This document shows, one piece after another, positions 21,957-36,900 of a stretch of 64,000 nucleotides of DNA. The notes below the pieces were generated by a model. It ran no database searches and was not told the DNA's origin. It worked only from the letters and a program-made list of their open reading frames with translations. The stretch is from Obrimoposthia wandeli. Taxonomy: Eukaryota. The position numbers and the translations under genes were made by a program. The DNA lies in NCBI GenBank assembly GCA_977020255.1, contig CDROCS010001033.1, forward strand, positions 62,001-126,000, given 5' to 3'. Positions within the stretch are counted from its first letter, which is position 1; the number at the start of each line of letters is the position of its first letter.

Positions 21957-24900
21957 TCAGTTGATGTCGTCTCCGTCATCCTGCGGCTGGGATCCTTGGT
22001 CCCCCTCGGCTTTGGTGGCTGGTTTTTCCTCCACCTTCTGACTATTGGCCAGATCACGGGCCAGTTTGGCGTACTAAATCGGAGGGAGACTCAGGTAAGC
22101 ATCGAAGAAGCATATTGTGTGACATCGACAATGACCGTCTTTCATCACTGACAAAGTAATGGTAATCAAGTAATCAAGGTTTTAGTCATTGAGATCATTC
22201 AGCACAATTCTTACATCTCTCTTACCCACATTTAATTCCACCCAGAGCATTAATTGATTTTAGATTTTGCTATAAGAGTTCATTTGTTGTTAGTTTAGAC
22301 TTGTATCATATTTTACATTGGGCTGGGCCAAGCAGTGTTAAAGACAGAAATGAAGTCGAACTGACATCCTGTTCATCTAAATACCTGAGTCGCAGTAATA
22401 ACAACACTGCTTTATAAAGCTAACTCTTTGTATTTACGGACTAGGAATACAAGCACACACGGCACAACAGCGGTTATCAAATAGGTTACTATATCAGTTA
22501 AATTCAGTTCTTAAAAATAATATGTTAATGAAGATTATTCTTTGAAATATAGTGACTTAGAAAATTGTTATTATAACTGTATCTATACTAAAATTAGAAC
22601 ATTAGACAAAATGGTCATTTTTACTAACTTTACATTGCTTTATAGGATGACATGACATTTGTGTCAAGAGTTATATCTTCATACAACTTCCAATTGGAGA
22701 TTGATGAAAATGGCATTCTTCCTCAGATACCAACCAACAAAAACGGCTTAGTGAAATCTGATTTTGGAACTATGCATAAAGTGTTGCTAAATTAAAATTA
22801 TAAAATAGATAAAATTTCTTGTTCATAGCCATTTCGGTCTTGCTAATAACTTGGCCGGTGTGGGCTTGGTGTGGGAATGTCGAATTCAGGTAGCTCGGTG
22901 GTTCGCCCTAAAGCATGATAGAGTTTTTATGTTATTAAGATTAAATAGAAGTGTTGAGGAAATACGATTGACATCATTTACTTTATAATTCCATTCCGAG
23001 AAAAAGGCAATTAAACGAGTTTATGGTCGAGTTAAGTATGGATATTTAACCATATACAGGTTTTAAATAAAAGGTATTAACAAAACTAAATGCTTATATA
23101 TCACCAGTAAACATATGTACTAATAGACATTTTTATATATTTGTAGTAATTAGTTTAAAGTTTTATATTATAAAAAGAATACAAAATAATAAATAATTTG
23201 TTAACCTTTCAAGAAAGAATTGAAATAGTAACTTTAATGATTGAACGGAAATCCTCGATATCTATTATTAGGAAATGAAAGAAGGCTGATATATATTTCT
23301 TATCATCAAACGATATCTGCGATATTAAAAAATACCTTTGGATCTATTCTTACTCGTCAAATCCCCGAAGACTTTCAATTATAGAAGATTATAACAATTA
23401 AATAAAAATAATATGCGATAATAATGAATATACTTTTACACGGTTGATTTAAAATTCATTGGTATATCTCATACGACCGTTCATAAAATTCTTAGGAATG
23501 ATTTGAATATTAAGCCATATAAAATTTAGTTTTATCAAGCTTTGTATGACGAAGATTTTGCAGATAGGCATAGACATTTTACAAATTTTCTACCAAATGA
23601 CACATGTCAGCGTAGACGATATTTTGAGTTGTATCATCATAAATTTCAGGAAACAGCAAGTTCATTTATCGACAAGATGGGAGATCACTGATTACATAAT
23701 CAAAAAGACATACGCGAAAGTCTGGATATGGAAACGAAATCCCAAGAAAGTTTTAGCTTCAGAAGCAACTACAACTATTGCCGCAGTCTGCTCAAAACCA
23801 TGGAAGAAACATTTTTTGGCAGGTCGTTGCCGACTGATAATAATTTTATTCAGAAGACACGAACTTTATTATGAACGGCAGCCATGGCAGGAAGACAACA
23901 TACCATCATATGCGTCATTGCAGGTTTAGTGTGGCTCCTTAAAAATCGCAGAATTCCCACAAGAATAAACAACCATTACATATGCACCATCAAAGCCATT
24001 GCGGTCCAGTTCGTACATTAGAAACAAAATCCAGACGACAAACCAAGTCGGGATAAGGACATCTTACAAGCCACCACAAGGCCATGGATGAAGCTACTTT
24101 ATGGGGATATATGAAGGAGATATTTTGAAATACTATGATTCTATGTCCCTAAAAAATTCTTATCTGATGTGTTTCTTTTTCTGTAAAGTGATGCATGAAA
24201 AAGATGATTACTTGAAACTTTTAAAATAATTTCTGATACCATGTTTACAAACTAAAAGTGGATTGAAAACTACAGTTTTTCAAAATGATGGAGCCATCCA
24301 TCTTCATATTTAAATGTTTATAAATATTTTATCGGTATTCATAATATTAATAAATAATACACATCATTTGATTAATAAACATTAAGCAAATATTGAAATA
24401 TATCTCTAAGACACATATGGTCTTACAACTAGAAAATGCAACAAACTTTGATAATTCAAAATCCTTTTCAAAATAATTATTTATCTGCTTGCAGAAGTGT
24501 AAGAAGTTACAGTATATTATTTACGAATAAGCATTTATAAAATAAAGACTATGAATAGTAGGTTTATTTTATTTCCTAATCCCTTTGTAAAATTATGTAA
24601 ATATATTAAATTATGATCAAAGAAAAAAGCCCACGAACTTATGATATACCGACATTCTACATAAAAAAGAAAATTTTGTGAAACTAAATAATGTGTTTCT
24701 TGTCTTATTAAAAAAGACTTTGTTTAACTTATCAAAAATGTTTCTATGGTGTAAGTTAATGACAATTTAAAAAGTTATGTGATCAATGTTATGGAATTTT
24801 ATTGAATTTTATATCTTATTTCCTATGATGAAGAATATTATTATATCTTATGAAAAGGTTTTTATGGCTATGAATGTTATAAGTAATACAGTTATGTGAT

Positions 24901-27900
24901 ATCTAAAAATAATAAAAAATCTAAAAAATCAGTGGCCTTTACGGAATGTGTTTAACAACTGGAAACGATGGCAAAGCTCGAGCAGCGAAGATAAAAGTAG
25001 GAAGTAAAGAAGAGACCAAAGCGTTGGTAAAGTAGTGTAAGTTAAAATTCTAAAGGGATATATAAATATAGTTTGATCCTAGTTGAATCAAATGTGAGAG
25101 TATGTAAGAAGATGTAAATATATTAAATTACGATTAAAGTAAAACAGACCACAAACTTATGGTATACCGACATTCTACATAAAAAGGATATTTTGTGAAA
25201 CTAAATGATATGTGATCTTTGTTTTAAACAACACAAAAACAAAAATGTTTATATGGTGGTATATGAAAATTGTTATGAAAACAAAATGTTAATGTGAAAC
25301 GATTTATGGAAATTTTTTGAGCTAATATCATATGTTTAATGCTGAATAAAGTTATATCTTATGATTTTATGTTTGATTCTACAATGGATTTAATAAGGAT
25401 TTACGTGAAGATTTAAACACCCTTTATGGATTTGACTAATATTAAACAAATTTCATAAATATTGCAATCCAATTAGAATAAAGCTCTATAGGATAAACAT
25501 TTACATATTTGAAAATATTATTGTAAATATGAATAAAGAAAATCTCTAACAACGTGTACATAAGTATTATGAATATTTGTTGCATTTTTGAAGAAACATC
25601 AAAACTATAATTTAATTTTTCCTGTCAAAATAGAGTTTAAATTTGATCATCAGATTATCAGCTCCCTGTGGATTGTTGACTCCTATATGAGAAATAGTGG
25701 ATTAATATATTTTTTTATATTTATTTTATTTCAAAATAAAACATATTTTTTTAATTAACTGTAACGTAAAATATTTTTAAATAACTGCAGCGTAGATAAT
25801 TTCATTCAATCAATATATATATACTATCCAATATGACGGACAATACAATGATGATAAAAGTTTAATAAAGATTTAACACATCCGGTAATTCGAAGGAAAA
25901 TAAAATTGATAAAGAAAGATAGTAGAAAAAGTGATATGTCAATGGTTTAACGATATAATAAATTTTAAGGAAGTAATATTTGTGGATGTAGTCACATTTT
26001 CTTTAGATGAACCTCAGTATTGCCCCTCTTGAAAGTTAAATGAAGTTGGGCCATCTGATTTTTGTAACAGAAGACCACATAAAGGTTGTTATGGTATGTA
26101 TGGCTATACGCATAAATGGTTTATTAGGGTTTCAGAAAATAGTTCAATCAATAGCTCAAGATGTATTGACTTTTTAAGCGACCAACTTATTTCTAATCTT
26201 ACTTAACGATCAATTTTGCAACATGACACTTTTAACTTTTAGTTATAATTAGTGAGTAAACACCGGCAATATTTTACCGGTTATTACCGGTAATGAAAAA
26301 CATTCTATTTGCCGGTACTGGAAGCCTTATTACCGGTAATATACATTTATTTTAAATATTAGGAAAAACTTTTATTAATAGGCAGCTAGGTTATGTGACT
26401 TATGTCCTGGTTTCCAAATTGAAGTCAGTCACTCAGTCAGAGTGGTTGTGCTGTGCGTGATTTCTGCTCTCTGCTTGCCAGTGTCTCTGTATACTAGATA
26501 AATTTGAAAACGTTCATAACTTCATACTGAAGCCTAGCATAACTTCTTCATTATAGTACATTTGAATTCAATTTATTGAAAATTTTACAATCCCCCATTA
26601 TGAGTAAAAAGAAATCAAATGTGTGGCAGTATTTTTTAAGAAAAAGTAAAGACGAAGCAGAATGTTTACAATGCAAAAAAGGACTTAAATGTGTTGGCGG
26701 TTCAACTTCTGGCTTGAAGGCCCATACGAGTAAAGTTCATAATATAACTAGTGAAGATGAAACAGATCACTCTAGTAAAAGCATTAATAGTAATACTTTA
26801 GATAAATATTTAGCCAAGAAGTCTCTTGATAATGAAATTGCAAGAATGGCATGCAAGGATGGGCTTAGCTTTAAACAAATTGCATCAAGCGAATTTATTC
26901 AAAGACATTTGGCAACAACTGCTTATGACAAAATACCACCAAGTACTGGAACTGGTGTTAAAAATTCGGTTATAAAACATCATGAAACAGAGAAGGCAAT
27001 ATTAGCTAAATACTTCTCAAATCAAATTCAAAATGGCCGCTGATTTTCACTTACTATCGATGAGTATACTTCTTCACAGAATCGACGCTTCATGAATATT
27101 AATGTGCATGATAAGGATAAATATTGGTCTCTTGGACTAATAGTAATTTCAGGTTCTCTAAACAGCAAAAAAGTCACTACTCTTGTTAAAGGAAGATTAA
27201 ATGAATTTAATTTAGACTTACATTGCCATGTAGTAGGTGTTACTACAGACGGAGCTTCATTAATGGTCAAGTTTGGTAGAGAAAACCAATTTATTCATCA
27301 ACTGTGTCTTGCACATGCTTGTCACCTGAGTATTTGTGATATTTTCTATGGAAAAAAGCAACTTGTAGAAGAGGAAACGGAAATAACTAACACAAATGAG
27401 GAAGAATTAAATCACATTCTTGAAGATTGGGACGATTGTAGTATTCCTTTGGATATGGCATTTGTTAGTGAAGAAGTTCAACATGAAGACAGTCCTCTAA
27501 TTAATCAAGGTAACTATGATGAGATAATTTCAAAAGTTCGTAAAATCTGCAAGGCCTTTAGAAAGTCACCTTTAAAAAATGATTATCTGCAGGAGATTGT
27601 TAAAGCTAACATGAAAAAAGAGATGAAATTAATCCTGGATACCAAAACAAGATGGAATAGCACCATTGCAATGATTAAGAGATTTTGTGAACTGAAGAAA
27701 TGTATTCCTGCTGCTTTAAGAAGATGTGAAATTTCTGAAGTAATTACTGAGAACGAATGGAGATATTTAGAGGATCTTGTACAAATGCTCCGACCTTTGA
27801 AATTGTCATCAAGGGACTCTCTACAGAAGATGCTACAATTTTGAAAGGAGAACAATCAATGAAATTTGTTATGAGTGAATTAAAATCTCAAAGTTCTATA

Positions 27901-30900
27901 TTGGCTTTAAAATTAGAAGAAAGCTTGCATAAGCGCTATACATCAAGAAGATTGAAGACGGCAATTGGATTAATCAAGTACTTGGAAGACCCTGATATAT
28001 TACATGATTTACATCCAAATGATACGGCCGATCTTTTTCATTTGCCTACGCCTAAAAATGTCAAGAAACTGGCAGTAGCAACATTCAAAAGATTGTATAC
28101 ATTAAAGGTGGAAACTCAAGAAGAAGAAAGGTTTCACGACTATATCGAGGTCTTTCACGATTCTTCAGCACATGAAATTACTGATCCATTGCTTAAAAAG
28201 TATGAAGATGAAGTTACTAATAAAAATAAAAGAGTCAAGCTATCTCAGCCTTCTGATGTCAATCTAATGAATAAAATGAAATTTTATGAGGCAACTAGAA
28301 AGCGAACAGAAAATATTGAATTGCTGTATCAGTCATTGCTGACTATTAAAGCCACTAGTGTAGAATCAGAACGGGCTTTCTCTGCGGCAGGATATTTTTT
28401 AACTAAGCTTCGTTCACAATTAGCTCCAAAGACATTGGATGCATTGAGCTGTATGCGCTGTTTTTATAATAACAAATAATGCTTGGTTATTAAATAATAA
28501 ATTTATTATTTAATAACCAAAGGAAATTATAGTTATTATTAGTCATTTTTCAAAGTTTGTTTTGTTGCATCAGGAATGATTTGTTTTTTAATTAACAAAT
28601 AATGCTTGGTTATTATTAGTCATTTTTCAAAGTTTGTTTTGTTGCATCAGGAATGATTTGTTTTTTAATTTATTATTTAATAACCAAAGGAAATTATAGT
28701 TTTTACTAGTCATTTTTCAAAGTTTGTTTTGTTTTTTAATTTTCTGTTTGAGTTCAACTTTTGTTCGAATATTCAATATAAAATTATAATGTGAAAACTA
28801 AGTATTTTTTGTGAACTCCTTATAAATACGCACCTAAAAACTACCTATACAGCAAAAAAATAAATAATTAGGAAAAACCGGTAAATACCGGTAATGATAT
28901 ATAGCTGTCGGTAATTTACCGGTAATTGAAAACACCGGTAATGTTTGACCCCTAGTTATAATCAATTATGTTTGTGTTTGAATATACAATTGTTTAAATA
29001 CATAAATGTTGACAATAGAAAACTCGCAGTTATTTAAAAATTTATCAAAATTGTAATTTTTTCAAACTTTTATATAGATTTGATGTTATTAAAAATGAAC
29101 ATAATCATTTAACACTAATATGCAAAAATATGTACAAGTGAGTTAATACTTAATGTTGGATAATTCTATTATTTTGAAAATGAATTTTATAATTATAAAC
29201 ATCAAATATTATATGTAAATGGATTTGTTTTAATAAATTATTTATTAAAGGCACTAAGTTTGAAATATTAAATGATTATTAATACATTAAAATCACATTT
29301 TTTAAAATTTTAAGTGTAATAAAATTACTGTTTCGAATATACATTTATATAAATACATCAATATAGATTATGTAAAACTTGCGGTAAGTTATATATTTAT
29401 TAAAATTGTTATTTTATTGCGAAGAGTTTAAATTTTTCTTTAATTTTATTTCAATAAATTGTACTTTAATATTTTATTTTAAAAATGCGTTGTATAATTT
29501 TTTTTTCATTTTTTGTTTAAAAATAATTTGTATAAATACATCAAAAGAAGCAATGAAATCCGTACACTAAGTTAAATATTTACCCAAAATTGGGAAGTCT
29601 TTTATGAGTTTAGGAAGAGTTTATATTAAATTTTATGTAATTACCTTTTTTAAAAAGGTTTGTTATTAAATTAAAAATATGTACAAGTGAGTTAATACTT
29701 AATGTTGGATAATTCTATTATTATTACCACAATTTTGTATTTTTCGTTCTATTGACCTGTGTATTTATCCGTTTTTTTACATTTTATTGCGAGTATAAAA
29801 TCTAACTGCAGACCTGTGAACGACACAAGTTAATTGAACACAAAACTTCAGGCCACAAATAGACACAATTTTATTTCTTTATACAACCTCGAATTGACAT
29901 ACAAATAGTAACAATTTTAGTGAATTATAATTTTGGTGAAATATAATTATCTATAACACGCTTTATTGTAACATTACTGAATGGAGAGTTTGAAGACGAA
30001 AAGAATCTCGAATTTATCCACCGAACAAAAGACACAATTTCCTAGAATTGTGAAACTAGAGAAGACACAATTGCGGAGGTTTCTACAAAAATACCGTAGG
30101 AGCGATTAACTATTAGCATGAAATAGTTGTATTACAAAACAAAATCGACATGGTAATCCAGACTCATCACGGTCCTAAGTTCCCAACTGCGCTACATTTA
30201 GTATAAAAATAAGACAAAACGAGATCCATCCGAAAATCATCCAAAATTATTTATTTATAGTTTTATATGTGCCTGCAGTGAAATTGTCAACAAATGGGTT
30301 AGCAAAAATACATAAGCCAAATATAGTTTTAGACAATTTTCCAAATTTTGGATAGTGAATAATCCTGGAACAATGCTTGTGATGTATAGAGCTGCAATAA
30401 AATATTATTAGCGGTGACGCCTGTTAATTTGATTTTTGCATTGGCAACGTGTTTATTTTAGCAGCATAAGCAGCAAATGATTTACCAATGAGGCCTATAA
30501 ATTTTTTAGATTCTAACAAAAGCATATGATGCGGTATTCACTACATCGTCTATATGAAGAGAAATAATATAGATGGATGAACATTGAACAAACATTTGCA
30601 GCAATGTTCATGGGTAAATAATAATTTTACTACAATAAGAATATGAATAACTATATGAAAAATTATTTTAAAAAATCGAAGGTGTGGAGGAAAAACCCAG
30701 CAAGAAGATAGAACCTCGGCTGTGAATATTGTATCGAAAGTTAGATTGTTATAGAAATTAACTTTTTTTCATTTTCTTCCGAATGCTTTTGTTAGGGTTA
30801 GGATTTATTAAAAAAATAGAAAAAATAGAACCCTGAAACCAATGTTAAAGAGAAAAAAATAAATAAATACAAATTTTAATTAAAATAAAATCGAATGTAA

Positions 30901-33900
30901 TAAAATTAGAATAATTTTAGGACCTTGAGAGTTCATGTTTGTTGTGTAAGTGTTTAAAGAGAGTTTAAATTATTAGAAAGCCCCCAGAAGCTGGTATGAT
31001 TTAAGAGAGATTTGCACAACTGCGCGCATGTCTGTAACTCAAAGATTCATTACGGCAAGACCGAGAATACAAAGTAGCTGCAAATCGATCTACTGTTGAC
31101 TTATGTAATACATATATTTCTGATATCTCTCGACCAGGTTCGTTTTCGATTGTCGATGTAATGTTGATTGAATTTTATGGACGAGTTTGATTTCATTAGT
31201 ACATACTTTTAAGGTAGTAAATACCGTATGAAAGTAACTTGGTTAGTTGACAATGACAATAAATAAAACCACTATAGGTAGCTTTAGTAGCAATTACAGT
31301 TTTAAAGCATCTTTGCAATTAATGAACTATAATGTTCATATTTTACTTTCTTAAAATAAACATATTTGTAACAAATCTATTATATTTTTATGTATACGTT
31401 TATCTTCAAAATTTTCAGCATACCAATATTATTTATAAATGTATAACTTATTTTCGTAAATCTTAGATAATTAAACTCCCGCCTAATTTATGGAACAAAT
31501 TGAAAAGAATGTACGTACGTTGAAGGTTACTTAAAATTAAAAAGTAACCTCAATAGAAAGCACATAATTACATAGAATATTATTTAAGAATTTCGACAGG
31601 AAACATTGTATTTAGTAATATCTAAAAACGATGTAGACTGGGTGTTTCTGAAGCGGTTAAAGATAGTCATTGTGGCAATATTGACTTAAAAATAAGAAAG
31701 ATTAAAAAACTGAACACTTGGCTTGAGTATAATAGAAACATATCTTCATAATACAGGTATCTCATCTGAAATTAGTTCTTCAGAAGAATTTCGAATTAAT
31801 AACAATTTTATTAGTGTTCTTGAATCTGATAATAATGTGCAAAATAGAATATTGAAAGTTGATACTGATCATTTATTTGTGGAATCCGTTCTAAAACATT
31901 TTAATAATATGAGTATGAATTATTTCATTCAAAAATATAGGAGTAGTGAAATTAAGAAGTCATGAAAAACTTATGAAATTTTCATCTTCCTTGAAAATGC
32001 TACTTAAATAAAGTGACGGCGCAACTATGATTCCTGTGTCTTAGAATGAGAAATACTGCTTCGGCATAAAATCTCAAATCATCAAAATGTATGTATATGA
32101 ATTTTTGCTCTAGTTTCTGCATTTGTTCTATTGCATACATTTTGTGTTGCTATTTTAATAATTTGGGGTTTATGGACGCCGCTGAAGCACACCAGATTTA
32201 AGCATTCTCACATAGAATTATAACACGACGTTAGATAATTTTTAACATTGTCTATGAAACGCTGGTTTTGCTTGAACCACTAAACCCTATTTTGAGCTCT
32301 AACTGTTCTCGAAATAAACTTGCTCTATTCCTCTTAATCCCAAAGTTGTACACAGCCTCTGCAATTGACTGTACAGTAGTTATATTTGACTACATTTGAT
32401 GAATACCTTAAGAGGCATCAGACCCCATTCATCAACAAAACTATTTGGGTTCCTGCCAACATTACTAACACAAAATGATTCTACACTTCGAAACCTTGAC
32501 AATTATCAAGAAACTCAATACAAATATACAACTCTTCCACGGTTGCAGCTCTTATAGTCCATCAACTCATAAACACACACACACAAAAATGAATCAACAA
32601 TGGTCAATTGGCCAATGACAAACACTTTAAAGTGCAAACACAAAACATTCGGCTTCAATTGGCCAATTTTTATTGACGTAATCACATGATTCAGAAATTT
32701 GCATAATCCCTTTTTTATGATCATAATTTGTAGTTTAGAGTACAGATGATTAATTCTGTTCTAATTTGAACACTAACTGTTTCGTCAACTGTTTCGCGCA
32801 TTCACCTGAGACTATTAACGAACTTTATAAATTGGTTTCTTGTATTGTCGAAAGGTTCTTGGCAACATTAAACTTGACATATACTGCATAAGTAAAAAAA
32901 TTAAGATTTAGTTGTTTTTGTAGCCAACTTTCAAAACTTGGAGAATTGTTAAAAGTGAAACATTACGTTCAATTTTCTAGATGATGCAGTTGAAGACTTT
33001 TCAATTATCTCTCGAACAAATTTAATAACTTTTCTTTAAAAAGACAATCTATATGTGTATATAACGATTCTCTCACAAATGTTTTCTTATTAGAATAATT
33101 GATGGTTGATATTTGTTCCTCTGTTCGACCATTCCCAATTTAATGTCAATGTTAATCGAATTTATTTTTATTACATTTATGCAAATATTTCAAGTTAAAC
33201 TCAATAACTTCTTTTAAATAACCTTAATCATTCATTAAATTTAAAATATAAACTTCAATTTGTACATTATTTTTTATGACTTGTAATTGAATAAAAAGAA
33301 TAGTTTATTTAAACAAAAATATGCACAACTTTCAAATATTTTTATTTAAAATATTTTAGAGATTTTTTTACAATTTCGAAAAAGTAAAATATTTTTTGTT
33401 TGTTATTAATAATTTTACTAAAATACTAATGTAAAATAAAACTCAAGAATAAACAAATGAATATAAATCAAAATCGTGAAAAGAAAGTGAGTTATGTGAA
33501 AGGATCTGTCTCGTAAAATATTAAAAAACCAAAACGACCAAGTCCATCCAGAGATATGGAATGTGTTCCGATAAAGAAAATCAAGTTATCTTCTTATCAA
33601 AGTGTTGATAGTAATCAGACAAGTGTGGAAGCTAAAATCGTAAAGAATAACTATAAGCTAGAAACACATGTCGCTGATGACGTTCTGTATGTTGAAGAAA
33701 AACCTTTGCAAGATTCGAATAGTTCATACGCCAGTAACATGGACCTCAATGATATCAGTTTCGTACCAGTAGACAGAGTCAACGAATTGTGCCGGTCTCA
33801 CAATTTGTCAATGAGTGATGAAGCTCACGACTACTTGAAGAGAGCCAGCACACAATTTCTGCATCACATATTGAGTCAGGCATTTATTGCAGCAAAAGCC

Positions 33901-36900
33901 AGAGATCTAGCCAATGAAGTCCTGCGTTCGGATAGACACAAGCTACGGATGATCCCGAATCCGGGAACATTGCCAGTTACAAATTCACAAACCGTTGAGG
34001 GTATCACGAACAGAACATTGCAATCTTTAAGGGAATCAGGGACTACACAAACATTGTTGCAAGAATTCAAAAATATCAAGTCAAAAATACCAGCGAAGAT
34101 TATTGATCCGCCAAAGGAACAGAAACAAGTGAACCATAAAGTTCGTATCACCGCCAAACAACTGATATTGGTAATACAAATGCACAAGGCCGCGGACCAG
34201 CTTACATGTCTGAGAACATTCAAGGACCTGCAGAACAAGATTGGATGACTCTTCCAAGTTACAATATCCTCTAAAACATTATTATATTCTACTACGTTGT
34301 ATTACTTATTTATTTATCTTAATTACGTATTTAGTAACCTCTCATCATATTTTGTGATAAAAAATGCAAATCATTGATCCAAACACAACGAATTATTGAT
34401 GTAACAATTCTTTTGATGACTTCTTAATATTAATTCATTAAACTTCCACTCATTCAATATTTTTAGCATCTTTTAAAAATACGATTTTTATGTGTCTACC
34501 AATTCTCCCATAAATGTTTTCTTATTAGAATCACTGATGGTTGTACTTCAAAAATCAATTGTGAATATCACTTGTAAGAACCAAAATTCATTATCAAAGA
34601 AAATTATTCCATTTTCAGAAATATCAATTGATCAAAACTAGATCTGTACAATTGGATTTCAATTGAATATCAATATCAAGATAGAATGATACAAGATCGG
34701 ACCAAGCGGATTGGTGATTACTGTTCGGAAAATATTCGATGGATTTAATAAATAAACGTTATATATTTCGTATCTTTATTTTCTCGATTATAATTATTTA
34801 TTAATATTTAATAAAAAAGAAGCCCATTAAGGTTATGAATATAATGATAGAAATATTGATATTTTTTATCAAATGATTTATGAAACGATACACAGAAATT
34901 ATAGTAATGAATAGTAATTTAAATATATATACCTTAAAAAATTGTGAGAAACTACGCGATCTTTAGAAATATCATAATATCAATAATCAATGGCTACTTG
35001 ATAGAATGGATGTAGATGAATAAATAAAATACTTATGATGAATTACGTACATTATTGTTAAGTTTTAATAATCAAGGTTATATAGAAATTTTACTACATG
35101 TGTAATGATATAGATGAAATATGTGTATTATTGCTAATTTTGGTATAAGATTATTTGAGAGGGTATATAAGATAAGAACCTGTTATAATTTAAAGAATTG
35201 CATGTGGTCTTGTATAAGAGATGATAATTAATTTAACTTCCAAAACATCTAAATAATACATTCTTTTTCTAAATTTTCTTTACTATTACTACATTACTCA
35301 ACTTTATACTTCAAATCTCCATAACATATTATATTAGAAATATCATTAGGAGCTTCAATGATCAGCGACTTTATGCTGGTTGATGAGCCTGAAAGAACTA
35401 CTGAGACTGGACGTTGATAATAATATTTATAATTTCGGTGTTTCAATAATCAATATGTATCTACGGTAATATATGAATTTAAGGTATTTCGAAATTTCTC
35501 TGAAAGTTTTTGATAGAAGATTCATGAAACGATAGACAGAGAAATGATAGTAATGGATAGATATACTTAGATTTGTGTTTACTTATAAAATTTCGATTAT
35601 TGTTCTTTAAAACATTAACTTTATCATCTAACTCAAATATTATAATAAAACTCTTAATATCTTAGTTTTACAATGTTAACTAAAAGTTTATTTTATTGGT
35701 TAAACAACTACAACGTAGAATAAAACTCTTAATATCTTAGTTTTACAATGTTAACAACTAAAAGTTTATTTTATTGGTTAAACAACTACAACGTAGAATA
35801 TTTTTAAATAACTGCAACGTAGTTGAATTCAACAAATCAAAATTAATTTAGAAATTGATATATAAGATATATTGGAAATAAATATTAATTGTAAAGACTT
35901 AAAAATATAAAAAGTGACATCAAACACCTATAAAATACGAATGCTTAAGTGGAAAACATAGTATCGTGATTATTGTGATTGGCTATCTTATTTTTTAATC
36001 AAATTCTTGTTAAGTTAGTATTGATATCAGATTTATTTAGTGGACAGTTTTATTATTAAGATATTCGACTAACGTTACACTTTGGGCTCATAAAATTATA
36101 AATGCTGCTACAAGACCTTACTGTTAATACATCTCGGTACATATCATTCTGTAGTAATTTTAGCAAGTTTTAAGTGTGCTAAGTTAAATATAGTTATTTT
36201 AGCGAAATCGGTAGAATATTCATTCCGAGTTAACTCCCTTGTGAAATTCGTGTGCCCCCTAACATATAGATTAGCCGAGGGACAATCCACGTGACAATAT
36301 TCCACGTGCTGACAGATTCAGATGAGTATTGTCTACGTCGATTGGTCCCGTCTCTGTTTTATCGATATTCGATCTTGATATTGCTAGTCCCTGCCGACAT
36401 AAAAAGCTAACTCAACTGATAAACGTCCCACTCTGCGTTACATCATATCACACTAGCTTTGGGGTCCTACTAGCTATTATGTGAACACAACTCCTTGAAC
36501 ACACCACAAAACAACAAGACACAAAACCTTTAGATTTGAGACTAGAATTAAGTAGGATACGAACAGGTAGGCCACGTCCCTCTGTAAGCCCTATCGTTAC
36601 AGAACTCACGTTGGGGGCCTCCCTACGAGGATCTAATAGAAGAGTTTCAATTAGAAACCACAAATCATTATAAATTTATTTTCTAATTTTAAAATCTGAT
36701 TATATAAATATGTTAAAATTATGGAATTAAAAAAAATAAAAATTTTACTATTTATATTAAAAGATTTTACCTTGAAATTAAAAATAAATTTAAAATAAAA
36801 ATATAAAAATAAAGTTAGAAACAAAAAAAAATAAATAAGGATATTGGAAGGTCATGGGGAATTGGAAAAGTATAAATAGAAGCTGTGTAAAAATATCCCC

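Noticed and set aside
30695-30725. gaaggtgtggaggaaaaacccagc resembling gamma-SNAP exon 6 on the opposite strand
   Set aside because: Only about 25 nt with two indels and purine-rich; compatible with chance.
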